Positions 41,501 through 54,510 of a stretch of DNA of 64,000 nucleotides are shown in pieces. Origin of the DNA: Octopus bimaculoides (lineage: Eukaryota); the NCBI RefSeq assembly GCF_001194135.2, contig NC_068987.1, forward strand, positions 80,240,095-80,304,094, written 5' to 3'. The position numbers and the translations under genes were made by a program. Numbering within the stretch: position 1 is the first letter of the stretch; the number at the start of each line of letters is the position of its first letter. The notes under the pieces were generated by a model that did not search any database, was not told where the DNA came from, and saw only the letters and a list, made by a program, of their open reading frames with translations.

Positions 41501-44230
41501 ACGGGAGAAAGATACATTACAATTTATTCATTGAACACAATTCACATAAAAACGTTCCCTCTCCTTACATACACAGGAAAATATTTTCACACATAAATAG
41601 CGGGAGAGAGGGAGAGAGAGAGAACGATAAAATTCTTAATGCTAAATAATTCAATATCGAATCAGCGACAGCAAATGGGCGCCGCCAAAATGACTGCCAC
41701 AATCTCTCATAACCTATTCTTTCTTAGTAGACAAAACTAGGCGACAAATGTTCGATCCATCTTACTACTGAAGCCATATGTAGATATCGTAATTGTTACT
41801 GCTATCAAGTTCAGCATCGGAGGTTACATAACGTCAGGACCTGCGTTTCATGTTGTAAAATATTCTTTTCTACTCTAAGCACAAAGCCCGAAATTTGGTG
41901 GGAGGAAGCCAACCGATTATATCGACCCCAATACGCAACTGGTACTTAATTTATCGACCCCGAAAGGATGAAAGGCAAAGTCGACCATGGCGGAATTTCA
42001 ACTCAGAAAGTAAAGACAGACGAAATACCACTAAGCATTCCGCCCGGCGTGCTAACGTTTCTGATTTCTTTATTGCCCACAAGGGGCTAAACATAGAAGG
42101 GAGAAACAAGGACAGACAAAGGGATTAGGTCGATAATATCGACCCCAGTGCGTAACGGCAGAACGTAAAGGCAGACGAAATACCGCTAAGCACTTCGCCC
42201 GGCGTGCTAACGCTTCTGCCAGTTCACCGCTTTCACATTGTATTCTGAATTGTTATCCCTTGCACAGAACATTAAAAAAAAAATTTATAAAAGAAATAAA
42301 GAATAGTCACAATACTAAATACTAAACTAATGCACAAAAATAAACACATCTCAACGCAGGAAGAACTTAAATGCCAAAAATTAAACGGACACAAACATAA
42401 CGAAATAGAATGAAATCGAGTGAACCGGAAAGTACATTTCTTACCTGGCTGCACAATATAAGAATCTTCACTGCTAGCTGGGGAGTGCAAAGGGGAAATC
42501 CGTCCAAATGGTGCGTCTAACTTATCTCGGGCTGCAAGAATAAAAGAACAAAACAGAAAACGCATATTGTATACTCAACTACCCGAAAGATCGTAGAATG
42601 TGAAACCAGTAGTGATCAAAATAATAATGTATGTGTGTATGTATTCGTACATACGCATATGTCTGTCTGTCTGTCTGTCTGACTGTCTGTATGTATGTTT
42701 GTATGTATGTATATATATATATATATTACACATTCGAAGTATACGGAATTTGTGAACTTATCGGATACTGTACTACAGGAGTAAGCACATAAATGTGCAA
42801 CAAGGTGGAAAAAAAGAGTACTCAAATACCAGAGGTAGAGTATTATGCTTTATCTAAAAGCAGCAGAAATATAACAAAAAAACTGTTACTCGGAGTCTCA
42901 CGTTCCCGTTCATCGGACAGTTTTGTTAGAATACACAATTGGATCTATTTTAAAACGGGGCCGCCAGTATTTTCTTAACGAAACACTAACGAAACACTTT
43001 GAAACTTGGGACACTGGTAGAATGTGTCATATAAAACATCTTTTACTCTTAGTCTTCTTAACAAAAAAACGTACATCGCAAGTTATTCCATGTTAAAGTT
43101 GTCGTATTTCTGTAATTTCAACCAATCACTGACGTCTATTCAGCTGAATAGAGTTAGTGCTGGGCGGTCATAAAAATGTTATTCCCTGTGACATATTTCA
43201 TCCGGTTTAATCGTAATTTATACGCATATATTGTTTATATAATAAATTACGCTGTGCGTATCTATNNNNNNNNNNNNNNNNNNNNNNNNNNNNNNNNNNN
43301 NNNNNNNNNNNNNNNNNNNNNNNNNNNNNNNNNNNNNNNNNNNNNNNNNNNNNNNNNNNNNNNNNNNNNNNNNNNNNNNNNNNNNNNNNNNNNNNNNNNN
43401 NNNNNNNNNNNNNNNNNNNNNNNNNNNNNNNNNNNNNNNNNNNNNNNNNNNNNNNNNNNNNNNNNNNNNNNNNNNNNNNNNNNNNNNNNNNNNNNNNNNN
43501 NNNNNNNNNNNNNNNNNNNNNNNNNNNNNNNNNNNNNNNNNNNNNNNNNNNNNNNNNNNNNNNNNNNNNNNNNNNNNNNNNNNNNNNNNNNNNNNNNNNN
43601 NNNNNNNNNNNNNNNNNNNNNNNNNNNNNNNNNNNNNNNNNNNNNNNNNNNNNNNNNNNNNNNNNNNNNNNNNNNNNNNNNNNNNNNNNNNNNNNNNNNN
43701 NNNNNNNNNNNNNNNNNNNNNNNNNNNNNNNNNNNNNNNNNNNNNNNNNNNNNNNNNNNNNNNNNNNNNNNNNNNNNNNNNNNNNNNNNNNNNNNNNNNN
43801 NNNNNNNNNNNNNNNNNNNNNNNNNNNNNNNNNNNNNNNNNNNNNNNNNNNNNNNNNNNNNNNNNNNNNNNNNNNNNNNNNNNNNNNNNNNNNNNNNNNN
43901 NNNNNNNNNNNNNNNNNNNNNNNNNNNNNNNNNNNNNNNNNNNNNNNNNNNNNNNNNNNNNNNNNNNNNNNNNNNNNNNNNNNNNNNNNNNNNNNNNNNN
44001 NNNNNNNNNNNNNNNNNNNNNNNNNNNNNNNNNNNNNNNNNNNNNNNNNNNNNNNNNNNNNNNNNNNNNNNNNNNNNNNNNNNNNNNNNNNNNNNNNNNN
44101 NNNNNNNNNNNNNNNNNNNNNNNNNNNNNNNNNNNNNNNNNNNNNNNNNNNNNNNNNNNNNNNNNNNNNNNNNNNNNNNNNNNNNNNNNNNNNNNNNNNN
44201 NNNNNNNNNNNNNNNNNNNNNNNNNNNNNN

Positions 44231-44263
<33 letters not shown>

Positions 44264-47132
44264 TTATGTATGTACTGACCATTAGATAATAGAGATTATT
44301 TTATCACTCATTAAGTGTTCTCGCAGGGGAACGGATACTCTGCTCAGTAATTCAGTGTGGTTTGACATGTTAATGTGCAACATTTGGCTAGACACTATAA
44401 GGAAAATACTCCTCACCACTTTGTCATATTTTGATTTTTGTCTACAAACAAAAATATTAATGCAAATATACTTGAAAGACTATAAGAATTAGGTGCTGCT
44501 CATGAGATCGAATCCAGAGGACCGAACGTTAGAAAGCCGAATTCAGATGGCCTGAAATTCAGAATAGTAAAAGCTGGAAAAATAAAATACCGAGAATACC
44601 GAATGTTGAGCAGACCTAAGACGAAAGGTATTCCAGTCATTAGCAATCCTGTTTCCTTTTTATTATTTCTAGGCATAGTTTATCGGAAGATATATTTTTT
44701 GATGTGTCCTTTATGCTTAAGACACTCTGGCTCGATCAAAGAATAATTTGGCTGATATTTCTAGCAATTCCAATGACAACGTAGGCTGATATTTCTAGCA
44801 ATTCCAATGACAACGTAGGCTGATATTTCTAGCAATTCCAATGACAACGTAGGCTGATTATCGTGTGAGACACAATTTAGATGTCCGGACGCATTGCATT
44901 CCTCCGGTATGTTGATGGCTAATGATTTAAATATATTTGTAACACTGTTTTATTTGTTATTCAGGTTCTTAGCATTTATTATAACGTTTGAAACCTGTAA
45001 TTTATTAGTACTTTAAATTATAGTCTTCATTCTGAAGACTATAATTTTATAGTCGTCATTCCGAAGACTATAATTTTATAGTCGTCATTCTGAACTATTG
45101 AATTTGTGAGAGTATTTTATACAATTCACATTCAAAAAGAGGAAAAAAGAAAAAGGAAGGATTTCGACTGACAACGACTAGCTTCCATTTCTTAAACATC
45201 CTTAGTTTGTTACATAAGTCAAGAGTTATATATTTAGCAGGAAAATTGTATAAGCAACTACTTCGATCCTAGATCATACAAATTCGTAATCCTTTCATTG
45301 ATCACGGGGTAACAAAACATAAATTTGACATGGGTCAAATTGAACACAAAACACTGAGAGTGGAACTAAGCACAGGCAGTAATTCTTTTAAGCCCCAAAC
45401 CGGCCCTGACCTTGTTTTTGAAATTATACAAAATCAATGGCTACACATTTTGAAAGAGGAAAGGATCTGTTTAACTTTGTAGCACAGACTTTACCGATAC
45501 TGACTGCAGGGAATTAAAAATATTATTATCAGTCAAGTACTATAATAAATGTAATCGCGTGTACCCACCACTAAAATATATAGCGTGTGTCAATGTTACA
45601 TATTAACAGCAAGATTTAATTACAAGATTTGAAACCAAAAAACACTACTTAGCTTTATCCTTCAACGTTTTATTCTCAAATTCCACCAACGTCAAGTTTA
45701 TCTTTTGTTACATTGGGAATGATTAATTGACTACTCTTTCGTGTTGTTGTTGTTGTTGGCACTCCGTCGCTTACGACGTCGAGGGTTCCAGTTGATCCGC
45801 TCAACGGAGTAGCCTGCTCGTGAAACTAACGTGCAAGTGGTTGAGCACTCCACAGACACGTGTACCCTTAACGTAGTTCTCGGAGATATTCAGCGTGACA
45901 AGGCTGGTCCTTTGAATTACTGGCACAACAGAAACAGGAAGTAAGAGTGAGAGAAAGTTGTGGTGGAAGAGTACAGCAGGGTTCACCCCCCCCCCCCTGC
46001 CGGAGCCTCGTGAAGCTTTAGGTGTTTTCGCTTAATAAACACTCCCAGCGCCTGGTCTGGGAATCGAAACCACGATCCTATGACATTGAGTTCGCTGCCC
46101 TAACCGCTGGGCCATTGCGCCTCCACTACTCTTTTGTGTAGACACGGGTTATTGTAATTATCCGTAACTGTTTTCCACAATTATAAAGCTATGTGCTAAT
46201 ATAATAAATCAATACTTTAAATAATTGAGAAAAAGAAGCTAATGATTTGAGAACCTAAACTGTTTTTAAGTCTGAGTTTACATTGTACAATACCTTCGCA
46301 AATTTCATAATTCAAAAGTACGTGGGTAAAATACACGTGTTGCTTATGGTATGCATTATTTTTAGTTAAACAATAAAAATTATTACGGAGATGTACTTGC
46401 ATAACAAATGACCTGATCTGAGATCATGTGCTGAAACAAAAACAATTGCAGCGTGGAAGATGTTTATAAGCCATTTAAAATACAAAAACCGTTAGATTCA
46501 CTTAAAAATTTTAATTCAAATTGCCAAAACATCTTCATCGCTTTGAGACCGCGACCTCACGGAATTTTGTCAGTGAAGAGGTCGCGGTCTCAAAGCGACG
46601 AAAATATTTTGACAAATTAAATTTAAATGTTGAAATGAATCTAAAGGTTTTTGTGTGTTTTTAAATGGCTTATAAACACCTTCCAATAATAATTATTTTA
46701 ACTAAAAACCATTCTTACCAGGAGATTTTTTGGTATGTGTGAGTAAATGTTTCCGCTTTTCATAATTTGGTATGCCCGAAACGCTTCTTTGACTAAAAGA
46801 ATGAGCAGGACTCCTGTTTATTGGACTCGGAGACCCACGACACGGGGTCCCGGCACGTGATGTTTCTGTCGATGCTGAACTCATTGGTGAGTTGTCAGGA
46901 AAGAATTGCTGGCGTTCTGGCAGAGGAGAACTGTTCTCATCGTGATCCTCTAGATCATACCAAATTAGCTGATTGTCCATAGGGGCATCGTACAAGTCCA
47001 TCAGAACTTCTCCTATGAAATCATCGTCAGCCGATTTGTTAAATGACCACAAAGTTATTTCAAGCGTCAAGGACTTGAACTGAAATTAAGCAAATCAAAG
47101 TAGTGTGATTAGTAATGATTATAAATACACAC

Positions 47133-47189
<57 letters not shown>

Positions 47190-47608
47190 NNNNNNNNNNN
47201 NNNNNNNNNNNNNNNNNNNNNNNNNNNNNNNNNNNNNNNNNNNNNNNNNNNNNNNNNNNNNNNNNNNNNNNNNNNNNNNNNNNNNNNNNNNNNNNNNNNN
47301 NNNNNNNNNNNNNNNNNNNNNNNNNNNNNNNNNNNNNNNNNNNNNNNNNNNNNNNNNNNNNNNNNNNNNNNNNNNNNNNNNNNNNNNNNNNNNNNNNNNN
47401 NNNNNNAAAATAGCCAAGGCTGTGTGGAATTTATAGGACATTTATAAAAAAAAAGTAATCTTACAGCTGTTTCTGAGATATTAGGAATATCCCTTCATCA
47501 GAGACGATACAAGTGAGTTAAAGAGAGGGAAAAAGTAGAGTTCAATATAAGGTGTTATTTTGGAAAAGAATGGATGTAGGAAGTATAAAGGGAAATAAGA
47601 GACTAATA

Positions 47609-47650
<42 letters not shown>

Positions 47651-48094
47651 AGAAAAAATGGTTTCTAATCCATGTATTAATGCCAACAGATGTCAATTTT
47701 ACTCTGAAGGAAACGGAGAAACTTTCAAAATACAATGATCTTGAAATAGAGGTAACTCGAATGTGGAGTCTAGAAACTGAAACAGTTCTCATCGTAGTAG
47801 GCGCATTAGGTATGATAAAAAAATATTCAGACAAATACATAATTCTTATTATAGTAGGCGTATTAGATATTATAAAAAAAATATTCAAAAACTATAATAA
47901 TAAAAACACCAGGACTAGCAAGTATATATAATATACAGAAAATAGCACTACTAGGCACCGCACACATCCTACATAAAACACCTTCAATACAGTAAAAATA
48001 AGAGCATCTCAATAAACCACAGCACATACCCAAAGCACACACAGCTGCGCTCGGTAATTCAGTGAAAGCACGTGATAAAAATAAGACTACTGAA

Positions 48095-48183
<89 letters not shown>

Positions 48184-51100
48184 TCTTACTCAGTAACAAA
48201 ACAGGCAAAGGAATATCTAAGTGAATTCCAATTGCAACAAATTCAAGAATTAGACGAACTAGAAACACCTGCAGNNNNNNNNNNNNNNNNNNNNNNNNNN
48301 NNNNNNNNNNNNNNNNNNNNNNNNNNNNNNNNNNNNNNNNNNNNNNNNNNNNNNNNNNNNNNNNNNNNNNNNNNNNNNNNNNNNNNNNNNNNNNNNNNNN
48401 NNNNNNNNNNNNNNNNNNNNNNNNNNNNNNNNNNNNNNNNNNNNNNNNNNNNNNNNNNNNNNNNNNNNNNNNNNNNNNNNNNNNNNNNNNNNNNNNNNNN
48501 NNNNNNNNNNNNNNNNNNNNNNNNNNNNNNNNNNNNNNNNNNNNNNNNNNNNNNNNNNNNNNNNNNNNNNNNNNNNNNNNNNNNNNNNNNNNNNNNNNNN
48601 NNNNNNNNNNNNNNNNNNNNNNNNNNNNNNNNNNNNNNNNNNNNNNNNNNNNNNNNNNNNNNNNNNNNNNNNNNNNNNNNNNNNNNNNNNNNNNNNNNNN
48701 NNNNNNNNNNNNNNNNNNNNNNNNNNNNNNNNNNNNNNNNNNNNNNNNNNNNNNNNNNNNNNNNNNNNNNNNNNNNNNNNNNNNNNNNNNNNNNNNNNNN
48801 NNNNNNNNNNNNNNNNNNNNNNNNNNNNNNNNNNNNNNNNNNNNNNNNNNNNNNNNNNNNNNNNNNNNNNNNNNNNNNNNNNNNNNNNNNNNNNNNNNNN
48901 NNNNNNNNNNNNNNNNNNNNNNNNNNNNNNNNNNNNNNNNNNNNNNNNNNNNNNNNNNNNNNNNNNNNNNNNNNNNNNNNNNNNNNNNNNNNNNNNNNNN
49001 NNNNNNNNNNNNNNNNNNNNNNNNNNNNNNNNNNNNNNNNNNNNNNNNNNNNNNNNNNNNNNNNNNNNNNNNNNNNNNNNNNNNNNNNNNNNNNNNNNNN
49101 NNNNNNNNNNNNTGGTTTCTTAAACATTCACTTGAACAAAACTGTACAAATCCAAATATATGGTACCCTAGGCATAACACCTACATGAACTTCTAACTTG
49201 TTGTCTCTTGAGGTCTCTGGGTGAGACTTGGATCCAACTTGTACAAATGCAAAACAAAAGTCAAACATAAAATAATAATAATAATAATATATTCAAATTC
49301 TTTTACAAGCTAATTGAAGCGGTAAATATATTCCACAAAATAGATAGTTTATTAGGATTATTCCTACCTGAGAATAAAACAATCAGAAGCAGAAATGAAG
49401 AGATCTATAGATAGCCGTTTGTTTACTTAAAATACATTAACTCAAAAGAAAACACAGCAGCAAGACTATACAGATACGAAACGAGAAAAAGGTAAAAAAA
49501 AAAAACAATTATCAAAAAATCTTTGGAAGTTGAATTTTAATATTGGAAGAAGCTTCCTTTATGCTTTTAAAAATGCCCCATTGTCATAGATTCAGTATAT
49601 AAATATTGGAAACAAATTACACAGATACGAATTGTTAAGAACAGTTAATTGTTAATCAAATAAATAAATACATATTCAGTAATGACTATAATACTAAGTA
49701 TACAATAATGCAGAATATTTGTATGACCAAGCTAGAAATCGTAGTTCTGAAGAGAAATAATCGTTTCTTGATTGATACATAGGGTCAGAAATATTGGTTT
49801 TAAATTTTGGCACAAGGCCAGCAATTTCGGGGCGGGGTAAATCGGTACTTATTCTATCGACCCGAAATTATGAAAGGCAAAGTTGACCCCGATGATAGTT
49901 GAACTCAGAACGTCGGAAAAAATGTCGTTAAATACTTTTTCCGAGGCGACCACGATTTTACCAACTCACCGTTTTAGAGGCTATAAATTACTGAGAGAGG
50001 GAAATGAATCGATACAATCGACCGGTATTTTTATGTTATTATACCCGATAGGATGAAAAGGAAAATTGACCACAACGGAAACTGAACCAAGGACGTTAGG
50101 AGCCGAAAGATATTCCGTTCGGCAATTTGTTCGACGCTCTGATGAGTCTACCATGGTTGTATTGTTAATGACAATAGTTTTAATAATAATAATGATGTTA
50201 ATGGTTGCTAATTTGGGCAACAAGGTCAACGATTTTAAATAGGGGCGAGAGGCTAGTCGATACTATCAATCCCCGTTCTTGGATGGCAATTTATTTTATA
50301 GACCTCGAAAGGAGAAATGGCAAACAACAACAACAATTCTTTGAAATTTGACACAAAGCCTGTAATTTTTGGAGAGGAGATTATCGATTGCATGAACCCC
50401 AGTGTTCAACAGGTATTTATTTTATCGAACCCGAAATAATGGAAAGCAAAGTCAACCTCAGCAGCATTTGAACTCAGAACGTAAAGCGCCGAAAGAAATG
50501 CTGCTTAATATTTTCTTGGATGCGGTAGCGGTTCTGTCTGCTCACCGCTCGGATCTATTTCAAAACGGGGGCACCAGTTTTCATTTATGTTTTATGTAGT
50601 GTTTTTGGTACGGAAAGACTTTCAAACTTCGTATACTTATCTATTTTGTGTTATAGAACAGAAAAAAATTTTTGTAAAACATTAATGAAAAATGTGGCCC
50701 CCGTTTTAAAATAGATCCTTGTTCAGTGTAATTTTCTACTGACAGGAAATATCGATTACTGCAGTAAGTAGAATTCGTCCACATTCCAAAGCAGCTATGC
50801 GATGTATCAACAGATTGATAAAATACGTGCAAATCATAACTTCCATGGATTGTAGACATACGTTGTAGAGACCCTTTTTTAAAATAAACATGGAATGAGA
50901 AATGCTATTAGCAAGATGCACAGGCCGATAATAAATGAGAATATAACGATAGCCAATTCTGTTGCTCATTTACGCAATTTCTTATATACTTGCATAATTG
51001 CAACAACAGACTTTGCACAATTAAATAAACAAGTTATCATTACAAAATACAGAAGCTGCCAACACGCAAAAGATAATTGGAAGCATAAAATGAAGTATGA

Positions 51101-53088
51101 AATCGATATTCTATGTAACGAAACAAGTAAAATATAATTCTCGAGATAGTATATAACTCTCCGAGAAAATTTAATCAAAATATATACTGTATGACGATTA
51201 AATGCAACATAAATAGCAAGTAAATGTAGTTATAAGTACTGAAATACTTATAAAAGTTTTTATAAAATATATCAAAAAAGCATGACTTCCAAGGAAAAGT
51301 CTTTGAAAACAACCCTTAAAAATTGTATACGATATAACGGCTTATAAGTTAACAAAGCTTTAAATAAACAGAAAGATTTTGGAAATAATTTTTGAAAATG
51401 AAGTTGAAAATAGAGGCGTATATAGGAATAATAGAAATTAAATGGTCATACCCAAGATCATTATTTTCGAGAACTGAAAATGTACAGGCGTCATTGCACT
51501 TTCATAAGGCGGCGAACTGACAGAATCGTTAGCATTCCGGACAAAATGCTTAGCGGCATTTCGTCCCTCTTTACGTTCTGAGTTCGATTCTTACATGGTA
51601 AGAATTGTTTTAGAAAAATCGAGTCACCTGACCTTGATTCCACAACAAACTATTTTAGACAAGATGGATAAGGAAGTGCAGAGAAAAAACAACACAAAAT
51701 GTCCTCATCATATCTGAGACGATCTTCAATATTGTTGGAACAGAATTACAAGTTGTTATCTAACGAACTTGGTTGAGAGAATGCCAAAAGTTACGTAAAT
51801 CTAATCAAGATAAAATCCAATTATTTGTGAATAGTTAACATAGAAGATATTTGTGTTTGATAATCATTTCGTAATCTCACTGCACAAGACAGGCTTGTGT
51901 TTTTAGTATTTCAAAGTTTTCGGTCTGATGTCAAAAGATTAAACAGACAAAAGCTATAACACTTCTCTTCGTAGGCGTCCACTCTTTTACCTCTTGCTTG
52001 CATTGTATTTTTAGTCGCTACTTTTCAAAGAGACAGTATTGTTGCTTCAGACTTAAAAAAAAACCCACTTTTCATTCATCTGTTTAATGCTATTTTAAGA
52101 AAATATTTTCTTAAATCCATCTTCCAACAAACATTAAATTTGCTTTTAATCAATTTATTTCTGCAAAATGTAAACATTCAAATGTTTCCCAGTATTTTTC
52201 CAATTAAGCAGAATCATACCACAAATAGATTCCTTTATGGTGAATAACTGAAGCAAATGAAAAAAAGGAGACATGAAATACTTCAGTGTAAAATAAATGA
52301 ATCTATGAATAACTTCTCTTGTTTCCAAGAAGATAAGACAGGTGTTATGTGTCAATGAAGGAGCATGTATTTTATAACACACAGTTGTTGAGTTGCTATT
52401 TCAAATTTTGTACAATATTTACACCGAGGTTCAGAATTCAACTCCTACTGAACATGAACTATTATTCAGCTTTGATTTTCGGTTGAAGTCATACCCTTCA
52501 CTTTTACTGCTTACATCATTGCGAAAATAAATATATGTGGCAGCCTTCGATATTCTTTATATTTCTAAGCAAGAAAAGCATTCTTACTCCTTTAATTTTA
52601 CATAACTTTAAATTCTATATTGAAATCCTGATGAAACATACTGTCTTTCACCAAATTAATAAAAGTTGTGTCCATGACTAACCTAGTGTCGCGAAAAATC
52701 TCTTGATGAAAAATGGGATCGTGAATGAAAAAAGTTTAAGAAGCGCTGTATTAAAGGAAAAAGAAAACAAAACCAAGGCAGCGACGGCCGTCTCAAGTCA
52801 TTTAGAATATTTAATTAGAGTAAAGGTGAATCAAAGAAGAAGTACTTCTACTAATTTTTTATTCACCATTACTCTAATTAAATAATGGCTTGCTAGCGCA
52901 AAAGACACACTTCTGTTTATCATTTTCCCCCCATTTTCTTCTCGCCTATATCAATTAAACTACGGTTACTCGCTAAACTAGCTGCTGCCGTATACCTTTA
53001 ACCAAAGAATACACCTACTGAGGTATTTACCAGAAGTGCCTTTGGATATAGCTCTCCCTTGGAGGCTTTAAACACCTCTAACTTATAC

Positions 53089-53136
<48 letters not shown>

Positions 53137-54075
53137 NNNNNNNNNNATATATATATATATACATACATACATACATACATCTGTGAGTGTGTATGCATAA
53201 ACGTACACACACATACACACGCACACATACACAGATACACATAATATACATATTTAGGAACACATACGATTGAATCATCAAATGTAGGAAAATTCAATAT
53301 CTACTTAATACATAGAATAATGTTAATCCCGTTCGTATATTTAAAAGCATAAGCATCTCCCAACGCTTAATCTGGCTTTCTGTAATTTATGAAAAAATAA
53401 AAATTCAACGATATCAAAATAGAAAAACTTTCTTCATCTTGTGATCGTCGGAATAGCGATTCTAACAGTTATAGTATCATCCCTGTAAATCATGGATAAT
53501 TAGTTATTCAAAGGGTTAAATTGTATCGTTTGTAAATTTTCTTCATTTTCTCATTTTATGATCCACGAAACTACTGGTTACGATGAAAGGAAAATCCCAG
53601 CTCTTTATATGCATGCATACATACATACATACGTATATGTGTATGTGTGTTTATATACATATATATACGTTTATGTATATATATATATATCATAGGCGCA
53701 GGAGTGGCTGTGTGGTAAGTAGCTTGCCTACCAACCACATGGTTCCGGGTTCAGTCCCACTGCGTGGCATCTTGGGCAAATGTCTTCTACTATAGCCTCG
53801 GGCCGACCAAAGCCTTGTGAGTGGATTTGGTAGACGGAAACTGAAAGAAGACCGTCGTATATATGTATATCTATGTGTGTGTGTGTTTGTGTCTCTGTTT
53901 GTCCCCCTAGCATTGCTTGACAAACAATGCTGGTGTGTTTATGTCCCCGTCACTTAGCGGTTCGGCAAAAAGAGACCAATAGAATAAGTACTAGGCTTAC
54001 AAAGAATAAGTCCTGGGGTCGATTTGCTCGACTAAAGGCGGTGCTCCAGCATGGCCGCAGTCAAATGACTGAAAC

Positions 54076-54123
<48 letters not shown>

Positions 54124-54478
54124 ATATATACAGACACACATGCATATCTTTTTAAAAGGAGGGCTTCGCTTCATCAATAGTTCTAGTCTCCTGATAGGAT
54201 TCGTCATGCCGACCAGACAGGTATATTGGTTTCAAAAGGCTTGAGGATTTTTCTCTCAGCGTAACTAGCTATTTGTAACATTCGTTCCGGATTGCTAGCT
54301 ATTTCATATGATTCCAACTCGTTTCATGGTAGCCTTTAGTACGTAATTATAATCCATTCTTTTCTTTTACCTTTAGTTTCATTCCACTTTAAAACATGTA
54401 TATATATTTATATAAGACACTAACGCAATTCATACATAGACTGTATGCACACATTATAAAGATATGTGTGTGTGAGCA

Positions 54479-54510
<32 letters not shown>

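Noticed and set aside
53326-53519. Possible piggyBac-like MITE (ttaatccc ... gggttaa)
   Set aside because: The inverted match is only a few bases and imperfect; too weak to call.
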